The notes under the pieces: generated by a model | Databases searched by the model: none | What the model saw: only the letters and a program-made list of their open reading frames with translations | What the model was told of the DNA's origin: nothing | Shown: positions 1 through 17,875 of the stretch, piece after piece | Layout: each line of letters begins with the position of its first letter | How positions within the stretch are numbered: the first letter of the stretch is position 1 | Position numbers and translations under genes: made by a program | Assembly (NCBI GenBank): GCA_002269645.1 | Contig: NIVC01001024.1 | Coordinates: 62,001 to 126,000, forward strand | DNA: 64,000 bases | DNA from: Macrostomum lignano | Lineage: Eukaryota | Reading direction: 5' to 3'

Positions 1-570
1 TGTTTTTATTAATAATTGGATATAACGATGCACTAGGTATGTAATTAAGGGGTAATCTAATAAAGTAGGGTCCTCACAAAGCGCTGGACCAAATGTATAC
101 AGGGGGTAGTGCATTATTAAATAAGTAAAAAAGATAGACTAAAAAGCATATTGGCGCTATTTAATTTTGAAGGATAAAATATTGGACGTATGTAAAAGGG
201 GCTACTTTGAGTAGGATAATTTAGTGAAGAGATAAAAGCAGGTCAAAAGAGTAAAAACCGTAAATAATTTTTTTTGGAATTAGGTAATTACATAACGTTA
301 AAAACCGTTAATGAAAGCATTTTGAGATATTCAAGAGCTTGTTTTTGGAGTAAGATGAGGCAAAAGCCAGGTAAAAGCCGCAATAAAACCAAGATGTAAA
401 AATGGCGGGGTGTAAATGCAGGATTGTAAAACAGGAATAATAATAAAGAATACGGCGGATCAGTACAAATGGAGGCGATCACAGGTAAGAATGTGCATTA
501 ATTACTTTGGATCAGCCCTTATTGCTTATCTGCAGGCTGGATCATTGGCCCCACCCCAACCAGCCCAGCG

Positions 571-671
571 ATAATCCTTTATTTAGAGCGTGGTCAAATC
601 GCGAAACTTTGTCAGACTATTTATTTTCGAAATATGAATAAGCTGTGCATTTATTTTCATGAAAAACGACA
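571..671 (+). repeat. ~100-bp dispersed repeat, second copy at 29968-30069
   Basis: ataatcctttattt(a/g)agcgtggtcaaa...ttattttcatga(a/c)aaacgaca aligns end to end between the two loci. Confidence 0.85.
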
Positions 672-780
672 GCTGTCAGATAGTGTCATTATTCTCTGCA
701 GGTTTCTTTTCCACACGTATAACTCAAGGTGGTAGTCGTCAAAGGTACTGATTGTTCGTCTTTAAAGGTATTGTAGTCAT

Positions 781-849
781 TGAAGGTATCGTGAGGTAGA
801 CAATGGAGGTATCTTGAGGTAGTTATTGAAGGTATCGTCAGGTAGCAGT
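781..849 (+). repeat. Degenerate 23-bp tandem repeat, 3 units
   Basis: tgaaggtatcgtgaggtag / tggaggtatcttgaggtag / tgaaggtatcgtcaggtag. Confidence 0.6.
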
Positions 850-1129
850 TTAAATTACCGTCTGATATTTATTAAAATTATCTCAAGGGGCCCATAATTT
901 TATAAAGTTTTACGCGTTCATACAACTGTCTACATGTTAAACTACTGACAAATCGCGCTTTGAGTAGTGCGAGCATGTTAACTTTTGTTACCGAAATTAT
1001 AATATAGGATCGAATGATAAGGGTTTTGCTTTCACACCAGCTCCAAATTTTAAAGCATTAAACTCGTTAAAGTTGTAATACGATCGGAACTAACTATCAA
1101 TACTTTTTTAAGTTTCAAAGTGACTAGCA

Positions 1130-2125
1130 AAAACATGCATGCGAAACCGAAACGCGGCAAGCAAGGATTTGGAATGATCACCTGAAGAGAAGCTTGTGTA
1201 GTCTGAGTGGATGAACATTTGCTTCTCAGTCGTGTAGACTACGCTGGACCGTTTACAAGTACCTGCTCGTAATAGTCGATGCCTACAGCAAATGGGCAGA
1301 AGTACATGTTACGCAGTCAACCACATCGGCAGTGACTATCCGACGTTTCCGAAGAACGTTCGCGCAAGGTGTTCCCGCAACATTGACCTCGGCTTCGCCT
1401 CGGTCAATAAACGAGACCTCGAGCCTTTTCCCGCTAGACAGCAAAATAAGTGGGAAATATTATACATTGGTTACTGACAATGGTCCACAATTCACTTCAG
1501 TGGAGATGGAAAGCTGGCTCAAAGGAATCAGATGCAAACACGTGCTCACGCCTCCGTACCACCAACGATCAAACGGCCTTGCGGAAAGGTTTGTCAGAGA
1601 CCTGAAGAACCACGTGGCGGCATCAGGCGGCGAAGACGATAAGACGATCTACAAACCAGTGTCGACCGCTTCCTTCTACAGTGCAGGAACTCCCGTCACT
1701 CCACGACAGGAAGGGCACCTGCAGAGTTAATGCGAAGACATCTACTTCGGAAGGCAACGTTGACCTTGTCCAAAGAACCGGTGTGGGTAAAGACCTACAG
1801 GAACGAAACCGAGAAATGGAAGCCCGGTGCAATCGTTGCTAGAGAAGGTAAGAAAATCGTGGGAGTACAATTGGACGACGGAAAACACGGCCGATACCAT
1901 CTGGAGCATACCAAGCCGAGGATTCTACCTGTAACAGGAGATACTCTAATGGACGCACATGAAGATACAGCTGATACTACGGAGAGAAATGCAACGGAGC
2001 CAAAACAGACCGAGAGGAACAACCGCAGTCAGCGCAACCGAAAGGCGCCCGACCTTACTCTACTCTTGGAAGACCGGATGGTACTTGAACTGAATTTTGA
2101 ACTGTGTGACCGGTCCAAAGACTAA
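1130..2125 (+). pseudogene. Ty3/gypsy integrase remnant, frameshifted
   Basis: Translated pieces VDYAGPF, IVDAYSKW, VTDNGPQFTS...HVLTPPYHQRSNGLAERFVRDLK (rve DDE core) and a C-terminal VWVK...KWKPG segment. Confidence 0.9.
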
Positions 2126-2366
2126 TGGGGAGGAGTGTTAGATGCTTAGATAGTTTATAGAAAATCTCTTATGTTAGTTATTACCACGGTGCATACTCTA
2201 TGGCCGAAACTGTTAAGCAGTACTCTTTTCATTAAAGTGAGCAGAGCCGCAACGCTCAAATACACCAAGCATGAGTAGAGAGAGCTGCTTAACTGGAGCA
2301 CTCCAATTCGTAGCTACAGGCTGTACAATAAAACCGGTTTCCTTCGTGAACTATCACAAACCAACA
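2124..2366 (+). mobile_element. Polypurine tract (2124-2135) and 3' LTR (2136-2366) of the gypsy remnant
   Basis: aatggggaggag directly after the integrase stop, then TGTT...AACA termini; AATAAA inside. Confidence 0.75.
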
Positions 2367-2839
2367 AGAAACTGCAATGCATCATAAAGGCTTGCCATCT
2401 GTAGCATACGCTGCATGCTATGCTGTATTATTCATAGATTTATTTTCTTCTAAAAGTAGTATATGTGCCATCGGGGCAAAATGTTACCGTACACCTTGTT
2501 TGCTAGAAACTAAAATGCCCTTAAGAGAAAAGAAATATAAGAGCGAGCTTCGTACTCATGCCAATTTGGAGCTGCTCAAATAACGCCCTCCTTCAATTCA
2601 TAAACCCAAGTGCCTTCGTGTTCTTCAACCGTAACACCATCTGCATCCCAACACAGCGAATAATTCCAATCGCCGGAATTCCTGTATATTTCTGTATTAT
2701 CATCCAAATCGTTGTTCAGCTTTAACAGTCAGTGTTAATCACATGTTCGACACATCAGTTTTAACATCTGCGTTATTCCAAAGGTCGATTTCTGCAGTTG
2801 ACTTCTCATTTAGTTGTGACAGCGCCGCGCCCGCAAACA

Positions 2840-3607
2840 TCAGATGAAGGGCGAGACGCACTCGAACAGAACGGTAGACACAGTGCATGTCTCAGTACAG
2901 TCGGACAGACCAGCTACACCATGGAATCTGAATATAACATTTTCGACACCTCCATAATTGTTGGGCTCTTTGTTGTCCCACAGAGCAGCGTCCACGGTGT
3001 CATTGCAGCCGACCCAGTACCAGCCGACAGCCGGCTCAGCACTGCCTTCTGGCTGAAGGCCCCCGAGCCAGACCGATTGTTCGGAGCTGTAGTTCGAGTA
3101 GATCGAGTCCACATGGCTCTTCTCCTGCTCGCTGGTCACGTCGGCCATGATGACCAGACCTCTCTCTGACTCGCACTTCTGCCTGCCCGACCGTCACGTC
3201 CCGATGTCAGAGTACAGGCTGTACTTCACTCTGCACAGGTCCATGCCGTAGCCAGACGGACACAGCGCGCCCGCCTCGAGTCCCGGCCGCTGCTTGACGA
3301 ACACCCGGCCTCTCCTGGAGCAGCCGCAGCTCCTCACCGACTTGCTGCACTTGTCGAACACGAACAGCTGGCACGGACCGTCAGCCATGCTGAACGCCTG
3401 ACAGCGCTGGTTTTGGGTGCACAGAGCGGCGCACCCGACTTTGTTGAGTTCGCTTGAGTAGGTCTCAACAAACTCGCCGTTGATGCAAAGATATCCGTTG
3501 ATAAGAACATACAGCTGCTCGTTGTCACTGCCGAGCGTGAGGTCTAGAGCCAAGAACTTCGTAGGGAGATTAATGCTCATTGTTAGGAGATTATTGCTCA
3601 TTGTCAA
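2840..3607 (-). pseudogene. PAN/apple + C-type lectin protein, one in-frame TGA at 3194-3196
   Basis: CAALCTQNQRCQAFSMADGPCQLF (PAN-like); CPSGY...T*RSGRQKCE...VWLGG...W...WDNKEPNN...FEC (CTL with EPN motif); ORFs 3194-3607 and 2840-3148 are in frame, 15 sense codons apart. Confidence 0.8.
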
Positions 3608-3669
3608 TGCTGAAGAAACTGAGAAGGTAAAATCGACAGACGCAGCTGCAGCAGAGTTTCAGCTCAGAA

Positions 3670-3675
3670 TTTATA
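3670..3675 (-). promoter_or_regulatory. Candidate TATA box of the lectin gene
   Basis: TATAAA on the minus strand ~70 nt upstream of the first ATG; position only. Confidence 0.3.
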
Positions 3676-3734
3676 CTCGTAGCCTCCGATTCTAGTGCCT
3701 CAGCTGTATTTGAGCAGTAAACATGCACCTGGTG

Positions 3735-3830
3735 GCTGGTCTACGACATCGACTCGCAGTTCACCTCAGCGAAGTTTCCCACGTGCAACTGCATCCACCA
3801 CATCCTGCTACCGCGTCTTTTGGTCACATT
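3735..3830 (+). pseudogene. Possible second integrase-core relic
   Basis: Frame reads WLVYDIDSQFTSAKF...NCIHHILLP, similar to LVSDNGxQFTSxxF...GIxH of rve. Confidence 0.3.
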
Positions 3831-5128
3831 TGTGCAAGAAGGTAAAAACCTGTCACTCGGGGGTCGCACTGCAGCAGTCGGTTAGACCGGCAGAATGCAG
3901 CGGCGCCAAGAGCAGCAAGTGTAGCAGCAGCGCGCGACGGAGTTTGGAGATCTCGCTTACACCGGGACCCGCCAAGGGTGACTACACTAATGTGAAATCC
4001 TTCCGGCCCATCAGCCTCGCTTCCTTTTGTGTTAAGCTGATGGAGAGGCTCATCCTGTGGAGGCTTCGAGAGTGCGACCTGCGCTCCGACCCCGTCAGTA
4101 AGTACCAGTACGCCTTCTGTACTATAGAAATGAAAAGACCGATGGTCCGCCAAACTATTTTGGAGCTGAGGCTCAAGCGAGACGCTAACAAAACGAAAAG
4201 CGTAAACCGTACACAGGGCTAATAAGCCCTCTCGATGATATATTTATTGCAGTCAGTCAGAATCAGCCAGCGTGGAGGGGGGTGGGTGAGATGGGCCTGG
4301 GCTAAATCAGCGTACATAGAAAATTGAATAATAAACACGTACATTAAATCACGCAGTGGAATTGGAAAGAAAATCAATGCTACTAATCTACCTCCCAAAC
4401 ATACCCCCCACCTTGGCATAACAATGACAAAAACTATTCGAGGGATGAAACAATGAAAACGAATACGGTAATAGGAAAATATTCGAAAACGATGCGTGAT
4501 ACAAAATCGAACTCAAAAAGCAAAAAAACAACGTTGCATGAAACATTGATGGCGACATTGTGAATGGTAGAAAAATAGAGCAAAAGGTGAAGATAAGTAC
4601 GCAGATCGTAGATGACAATCGAAAATTTTGCAGAAGTACGTCAGCTATCATATAAAATTTCAAAATTGAACACGAACGCAGACTTCCGCCACCAAACGCA
4701 ACTGAAACAAAAACTGAAACAAAAATTGTAAGCATTGGGCTATCAAAAGGTCGGAACTGGCGCATAAACTATGGTACTTCTAAGCGCAGAAAATCAAGCA
4801 ATATTAAGTAGAGCTCAAATAATGCTAACATCGCTCGTAAAAAACTCAAAAAACGCAAAAGACAAACTTGCCGACAAATTCACTAAACCGTAACGACTGC
4901 TATTCAGCAAAAATTCACGCAAGAAAATAAATAGCTAAATAATGAATGTTAATCGCGTTGAACACTGAAAGCGAAAATTGGGTTAAGACGGCAAAAACAG
5001 GGTGATTCCTATTAGCATGAAAGGGAAAGAAGACTTTACGAACAATGCAACAAACAGGAAAATTGAACAACTCATCAGAAAAATTGCGAAACCTGACAAA
5101 GTCTAATTCTCTAGCAAAGGTTCGCAAA

Positions 5129-8100
5129 CTAACCTGCAGATATTGGACACAACTTTGTTATTGGTCTCGTCATTGTGCGATCACCGACTCTGATTGAGGC
5201 GACTCTCACGTGACCGTCCGAACCGCGCATGACCTCCAGCACGCGAGCCAGCGGCCAGTGACCCCGAGGCGAGTCCGGGCTCACCAGCAGCGCCACGTCT
5301 CCAGGTTGTAGGTCAGGCAGCTCGCGGCGCCACTTGCTCCGCGGTGCGAGTCCCGGCAGCCACTCGCGCAACCACCGGCGCCAGATCTGCGACACCAGCT
5401 GCTGGACGTGACGCCATCTTCTTGAAGGACTGCGGGCGATGGCAGCGTCGACCTCCGGTGCAAACTTCCCGCCGACTTGCCCGATAAGGAAGTGATTCGG
5501 CGTCAGCGGCACATCATCACTCGGATGCGCCGTCTGGTACGTCAGCGGCCTTGAATTCAGAAGTGCCTCTGCTCCAGCAAACGCGCTTAGCAGCTCCTCA
5601 TCGGTGACGTCCGTCTCCCTCAGAATTGACCAGATTGACTGCCAAAGCTCCTGCATCAGAATTTTCGCCTGCACGACAAACGGGGAGATCAGTCCAAGTG
5701 GATCGAAGACGCTCGCTAGCTTCTTCAGCAGACCTCTTTTTGTGGTCACCTGACACGACTCGTTTTCATCTTTAAAGGTAAATTCGTCCTGCTCACTCTG
5801 CCACGTGACACCCAGTGTCTTGGTGCTTGGTAGTTCTTTGCTGTCCAAGGTAACTTCTGCTGCACGGTCTTCAGGTGGGATTCTATCGAGCACAGCTCTC
5901 GAGTTCGAGACCCACTTGCGCGCGTGCATGCCGGCGCGCCTCCAGAGCTCACTGAGTTGATCGTACAGCCTGCAGGCGGCTGCCTCGGTGGGCGCAGAGT
6001 CCAGGCTGTCATCCATATAGGTAGAGTGCAGTACTGTCTCGGCCGCCTCTGGAAGCTCACCTTTTGACTTTTCAGCATGGCAGCGGGTAACGAACTGTGC
6101 CAAGAACGGAGAGCTGGTGACGCCGAACACCACTCTGTTGAACTCGTAGACATCCGGCTGCTTTGAAGGATCGGCGTCCCGCCAAAGGAAACTGTGCAGC
6201 GGCCTGTCCTTCGGGTCCATCTCGATCTGGAGATACATTTCCGCTACGTCGCATGCGATCGCAATCGGGTGTCGGCGGAACCGAAGCAGCACGTCAACCA
6301 AATCCCTCTGCAGTTTGGGGCCCTGGCGGATCTGGTCGTTCAATCTGGCAGCCGATGCATCAAAGACTATTCGCACTTTTGTCGTAGCCTTGTCTGGCCG
6401 CAGCACTGGGAAGTGCGGCAGGAAACAGCGGCCTTCAGTCTCAGCTTGCGACACTTTTCGGATATAACCTTGCTGTTCATACTTTTCAAGGATCTCCTGA
6501 TACTGCTTGCAGACGTTCATATCCTTAATCAGCCGCTGTTCGGTGTTCTTTAGTCGCTTCAAGGCCATTGAGAAAGTGCCTGCTGGAGCCAGCCGATCCT
6601 TTTTCCATGGAATCCCGATCTGGTAACGGCCCTTCGTGTACTTTAGCGACGACTTGGCTTGCTGGACGGCTCTCTCCTCATCGGCGGTCAGCGGACTTCG
6701 ATTGGCACCTTCTGAGACGTTCTCGATCTCCCAAAACTGCCGCAGGATCTTAGCCACCTGACCAGATTCGGAATCGCAGCTGAAGAAAGTGGCAGCAAAA
6801 TGGGCGTTCTGCATCTCAGAATTGTCCTGCTCTGTGCGACCGATGCACGTCCAACCCAGGGGAGTCAGGCGCGCCTTTGGCTCCAGCGGCTGTCCGACGA
6901 TTTCTTTGAGAGACACGTGAAGATCCGGGTGATCAGCACCAATCAGCAAGTCCACTACTGCAGGCTCACACAGCTTCGGAAACGGCACATTTCTCAGATG
7001 AGGCCACTGCTGCGCTTCTTCGTGCCAGTCGACGCCTTTGAGGGACCCAGTCACGTGATCAGCGGTGAAGGCGACGATCATTGAGCTGGTCTGACCATCC
7101 AGACTTTCCAAGCTAAAGCAGACTGGGGCTGTCATGAAGGTCTCTGTTTGGCCATTGATGACTCCGACTTTCACCTTTTCGAGCGCTCCATGCACTCCAA
7201 GCGCTTCTGCTATCCCGATGTTGACGTAGCTCCTGGTACTGGCATCGTCGAGCAAGGCATTCACCTTCAGCTTCCGGGACCCGTTCCGTAGGACTACAGG
7301 TACCGTTCGTAGCGAGATTGCCGTTTCACCAGCCGACAGAAGCGTCACCGGTCCAGTCTTTCCTGAACTGGAAGCGGATTTAGCGTCCTTGGATGCAGTC
7401 TGCTTCGCTTCACCAGACTTGGCCAACACTTTTTCTGCATGAAGCAGGCGATGATGGAACTTTGTGCAGCTGCTGATGCCGCACCGACGACCACGCCGAC
7501 ATTGGCTGCCAAGATGTCCTTGGCCCAAGCACCGGAAACAACACTTCGAGCTCTGCGCCGCGTCCCAGCGTTTTTCCACCGGAAGCTCCTTGAACTCACT
7601 GCAGGACCACAGCTCGTGATCACCTTGACAAACAATGCAAATCTTTCGCTGTACCTTCTTGTCACTGTCCGTAGTAACGAAAGTCTTTGGTCGCTGCTCT
7701 CGCTTTTGACGCTCCTGCTGCATGGTGGCAACGCCCTGCACAATCTCTGACGCTTCAGTCTGAAACTCTGCTTCTTGCAGCACCCAAATTCTCAGATTTC
7801 TAACACTCTCCGGCTTCCGCTGCTCAAAGATCCACCTCCGGTAGCTGGCAACCATCTGCTCAGGCAACTTTTTCTGCAGCCTCACATACAACATCCCATC
7901 TTGAAGCTCTGCCTCTTTACCCGCATCCTCAAGGTTAACGACAGCCACATCCAGTAGATTAGCAAAGCTTTTCAGATCCTTGGCGTTTCCATTTCGCACG
8001 ATCGGGAAGCTGTCCAGCTCTTCCAAGTGCAGAGCAAGTTGCCTACGCTGTCCACCAAATTCTCTCTCTAATCTCTCTTTTGCAGCTTCATATGCCGCAG

Positions 8101-8794
8101 CAGAGTGTCCTAGATGTTCTATAACCTTCAAAGCTTCACCGCTGAGGTACTGCCTAAGCTGCAGCAACTTGAATTCTGGTGTTGCAGGGGCGCTGTCGAT
8201 GCACGCAACAAAGGCTGCCTTCCAGTTTTCATACTTCTGCTTTTCTCCACTAAACGTTGGGATTTCAACACGCTTCAGCATCTTCCACAAATCCTTTGAA
8301 AGCTCCTTCGGGTTGGATCCTTTGCTGGACGCAGCACTGCCAGAAAGTTTGTCTAACTCACCAGCTGCTTCTTCTTGGTCACCCGCAGCGTTCTCACCGC
8401 TTGAACTCGCGGCAGGAGGGGCTTCTTGGGCGCGCTGCAATCCCCGGTTTCTGGAACTTTCGACGCGCTGAATGGCAGCTTGGTAGTCGCGCTCAGTCTC
8501 CTCCATCTCTTCTAGTAGGCGCTGTCGCCTCTCGTTGTCCTTGGCGTCGGCGTAGCCTTGATGCAGTTCTTCTTGGATGGCGCTGACCAGGTCCTGCAGG
8601 TCGGATAGAGCGTCGCAGGCAGCTTGCACTTCGTCATCAGAGGCGCGCGTCTTTAGCAGCCAAGAAAGCTTGTTTTTGCAACGAGTGAACGCTGCTTTTT
8701 TTCGGGATTTCTCGAAGCGCAGCTTCTCTAAACGCAGCGCGCCGGCATCGTCTTGGGCTTCCTGCTGTTGTTCATTGGCGTCGTCACTGTCCAT
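5129..8794 (-). CDS. BEL/Pao gag-pol polyprotein lacking most of RNaseH and the integrase N-terminus/core
   Basis: Three CCHC knuckles, protease ALLDDAS, RT YMDD, ASVFDPLG..ELWQ fused directly to SIWSILRE..EALLNSRPL and SPRGHWPLARV; ATG at 8794. Confidence 0.92.
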   Translation of the reverse strand: MDSDDANEQQQEAQDDAGALRLEKLRFEKSRKKAAFTRCKNKLSWLLKTRASDDEVQAACDALSDLQDLVSAIQEELHQGYADAKDNERRQRLLEEMEETERDYQAAIQRVESSRNRGLQRAQEAPPAASSSGENAAGDQEEAAGELDKLSGSAASSKGSNPKELSKDLWKMLKRVEIPTFSGEKQKYENWKAAFVACIDSAPATPEFKLLQLRQYLSGEALKVIEHLGHSAAAYEAAKERLEREFGGQRRQLALHLEELDSFPIVRNGNAKDLKSFANLLDVAVVNLEDAGKEAELQDGMLYVRLQKKLPEQMVASYRRWIFEQRKPESVRNLRIWVLQEAEFQTEASEIVQGVATMQQERQKREQRPKTFVTTDSDKKVQRKICIVCQGDHELWSCSEFKELPVEKRWDAAQSSKCCFRCLGQGHLGSQCRRGRRCGISSCTKFHHRLLHAEKVLAKSGEAKQTASKDAKSASSSGKTGPVTLLSAGETAISLRTVPVVLRNGSRKLKVNALLDDASTRSYVNIGIAEALGVHGALEKVKVGVINGQTETFMTAPVCFSLESLDGQTSSMIVAFTADHVTGSLKGVDWHEEAQQWPHLRNVPFPKLCEPAVVDLLIGADHPDLHVSLKEIVGQPLEPKARLTPLGWTCIGRTEQDNSEMQNAHFAATFFSCDSESGQVAKILRQFWEIENVSEGANRSPLTADEERAVQQAKSSLKYTKGRYQIGIPWKKDRLAPAGTFSMALKRLKNTEQRLIKDMNVCKQYQEILEKYEQQGYIRKVSQAETEGRCFLPHFPVLRPDKATTKVRIVFDASAARLNDQIRQGPKLQRDLVDVLLRFRRHPIAIACDVAEMYLQIEMDPKDRPLHSFLWRDADPSKQPDVYEFNRVVFGVTSSPFLAQFVTRCHAEKSKGELPEAAETVLHSTYMDDSLDSAPTEAAACRLYDQLSELWRRAGMHARKWVSNSRAVLDRIPPEDRAAEVTLDSKELPSTKTLGVTWQSEQDEFTFKDENESCQVTTKRGLLKKLASVFDPLGLISPFVVQAKILMQELWQSIWSILRETDVTDEELLSAFAGAEALLNSRPLTYQTAHPSDDVPLTPNHFLIGQVGGKFAPEVDAAIARSPSRRWRHVQQLVSQIWRRWLREWLPGLAPRSKWRRELPDLQPGDVALLVSPDSPRGHWPLARVLEVMRGSDGHVRVASIRVGDRTMTRPITKLCPISAG

Positions 8795-8859
8795 CTTGGT
8801 CCTTCGTTTCACAGTAGGATTCTATTGCTTGCCACGTCAGTGGTAATTTAGGCTTGTCC

Positions 8860-8877
8860 AACCACGCTCTGCTACCA
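8860..8877 (-). promoter_or_regulatory. Primer-binding site, tRNA-iMet type
   Basis: TGGTAGCAGAGCGTGGTT 3 nt from the 5' LTR, complementary to the ...CTCTGCTACCA end of initiator tRNA. Confidence 0.85.
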
Positions 8878-9452
8878 AAATGTACTATAGAAATGAAAAG
8901 ACCGATGGTCCGCCAAACTATTTTGGAGCTGAGGCTCAAGCGAGACGCTAACAAAACGAAAAGCGTAAACCGTACACAGGGCTAATAAGCCCTCTCGATG
9001 ATATATTTATTGCAGTCAGTCAGAATCAGCCAGCGTGGAGGGGGGTGGGTGAGATGGGCCTGGGCTAAATCAGCGTACATAGAAAATTGAATAATAAACA
9101 CGTACATTAAATCACGCAGTGGAATTGGAAAGAAAATCAATGCTACTAATCTACCTCCCAAACACCTTCCATCCTGGAAAGACGACTGAGCATGCTCTCC
9201 ATGCCATTACCTCCAAGATCGAGAGTGCCATCCTTAGCAAACAACTCGGGGGGCAAACGGCAACTTAAACCGAGGGACTCTGTGACATCCGCCAGCTTTT
9301 CGTTTTTCGAGGAGGCTCTTCCCCCTCCTTTTCGTTCTGGCCTGGCGTGGAAGCGGCTAGCTTCCTCGTCTTGGTCTGCTGGTGGGGGACGGATCCCCCC
9401 TGCTGCTTTTTTTGCGGGGCAGGTGGCTGCTAAGTAGTTGGCTGCTGGCTAA

Positions 9453-14539
<5,087 letters not shown>

Positions 14540-15089
14540 TCCTTGTGCTCTTTTACCTTGGGGTTGCGATAGGGGCCTCGCGGCCTATTCGCGGCGCCTG
14601 CGCCCCCCGTCAGTAGTAAGTAAGTAAGTAGCAAACAACTCGCCTGCGGGATGTTTGTTGACTTCGAAGGAGCGTTTGACAATGTCTTTTTCCGCTCCTT
14701 CAAAAACTCTCTTTTCCACAGGAATGTGAGACACAGCATTGTCCGCTGGATTTATTTTATGATCCGCAATAGGTTTGCGACATTTACGCTTATGGGCGTT
14801 ACCTACACCTGGGCGGTGATGAAAGGCTTAGGTGGCGTGCTAACTCCACTTCTTTGGAATCTCGTCATGGACGAACTTCTAACCGCTGACATTCCCAGCA
14901 GTATCACCAGGGCGGGCTACGCCGATGACGTTGCCGCGGTCGTCAGCGGACCCGACCCCGCCACTATGCGCAACCTGATGCAGCAATTCGCCGACAAGGC
15001 GGCCGACTGGGCTACGCAGCATGGCCTAAAAATCAGCGTCACCAAGACTGTCGCTGTCGTTTTCACCAAGCGCCGTGCATGGGAGATGA

Positions 15090-16582
<1,493 letters not shown>

Positions 16583-16969
16583 TGAGAACCAGCCGACTAC
16601 TGGCGGGGACTGGGCCCACCCCCAAGGCTAAGCCAGAACTATCGTTTAGCAGTTCTTATATTTGCTCAAAACTTGACTCGCTGCAGATTCCCGTTTAAAT
16701 TTGCGTGTCTTCATTGACAAGTCAAAAATCAAACATCTCAAACTGGGAGAAGCAATACAATAAAGCTGTCAGAAGTAAATTTTATAATATTTTCACATTC
16801 AAAGAAATTGTTGTTAAACTAGATGCTATATTGATGAACTGCATAATTTGTATAGATTTTGTTTTCGAAATTTTATACATGCCAACGAATAACCGTCAAA
16901 AAGTTGGACTAAAAAACCGCTAAACTGCGAATATTTCAGCATCAAAATTTTCACTCACTGACTTACTGT

Positions 16970-17352
16970 TGGCTGGCAAATGTCGGCTGGCAAACGTCCC
17001 GCAGGCAAACGTCGGCTGGCAAACGTCGGCTGGCAAACGTCGGCTGGCAAACGTCGGCTGGCAAACATCGGCTGGCAAACGTTGGCTGGCAAACGTCCCG
17101 CAGGCAAATGTCGGCTGGCAAACGTCCCGCAGGCAAATGTCGGCTGGCAAACGTCGGCTGGCAAACGTCGGCTGGCAAACGTCGGCTTGCAAACATCGGC
17201 TGGCAAACGTCGGCTGGCAAACGTCCCGCAGGCAAATGTCGGCTGGCAAACGTCCCGCAGGCAAATGTCGGCTGGCATACGTCCCGCTGGCAAACATCGG
17301 CTGGCAAACGTCGGCTGGCAAACGTCGGCTGGCAAACGTCCCGCAGGCAAAC
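16970..17352. repeat. 15-bp minisatellite (cggctggcaaacgt / cccgcaggcaaatgt variants)
   Basis: Direct reading; source of several spurious ORFs. Confidence 0.95.
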
Positions 17353-17483
17353 CTCGCTATCCCCTTAAAAGTACTCAATTTCTGGAATTGCTGTTCTACT
17401 GTCGCACTCCCGTCTCTCCCTCCCTTTCTCTTTGGCTATGTTTGATGATTAAATATAAAATATCAGAAGTGGCGCACAAAAGT

Positions 17484-17875
17484 GACGAGCATTAATCTCC
17501 TGACGATGAGCCTTAATCTCTTTTTCATGACGATGAGCATTAATCTTTTGACGATGAGCATTAATCTCTTGACGATGAGCATTAATCTCTTGACGATAAG
17601 CATTAATCTCTTGACGATGAGCATTAATCTCTTGACGATGAGCATTAATCTCTTGACGATGAGCATTAATCTCTTGACGATGAGCATTAACGAAAACGTT
17701 ATATTCAGATTCCATACATGTAGTGTAGCTGGTCTGACCGACTAAACCGAGACAGGCACCGCGTCTATCGTTCTGTGCGAGTGCGTCTCGCCCTTCGTCT
17801 GATGCCCGCTGGTGCCACGCTGGCACAACTAGCTGAAGTCAACTGCAGATATCGGTTTTTGGGAATAACCTGACA
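17484..17875 (+). pseudogene. Inverted, internally deleted remnant of the lectin gene with a 21-bp VNTR (about 10 units, 17484-17690)
   Basis: Unit gacgatgagcattaatctctt matches the lectin 5' end (3563-3605 minus); 17692-17872 matches the reverse complement of 2775-2945. Confidence 0.85.

Larger units (their letters stand above)
4118..9164 (-). mobile_element. BEL/Pao LTR retrotransposon, internally deleted
   Basis: 284-bp LTRs 4118-4401 and 8881-9164 with no difference seen, TG..CA ends, 5-bp TSD CCTTC (4113-4117, 9165-9169), PPT aaggtggggggta at 4402-4414. Confidence 0.97.

Noticed and set aside
1-560. Possible distant reverse-strand similarity to the gypsy LTRs, and a 51-nt GT-AG intron-like segment at 485-535
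   Set aside because: Only short AT-rich matches and no supporting ORF
3194-3196. Selenocysteine or programmed readthrough at the lectin TGA
   Set aside because: The aligned residue is Trp, not Cys, and I see no SECIS-like element; a nonsense change or error is simpler
4388-5127. Hydrophobic ORFs after BEL pol as an env gene
   Set aside because: They reflect a T-rich 3' region; one runs into the LTR and there are no env motifs
16920-17826. ORFs of 71-171 aa in several frames
   Set aside because: Produced by 15-bp and 21-bp tandem repeats lacking stops
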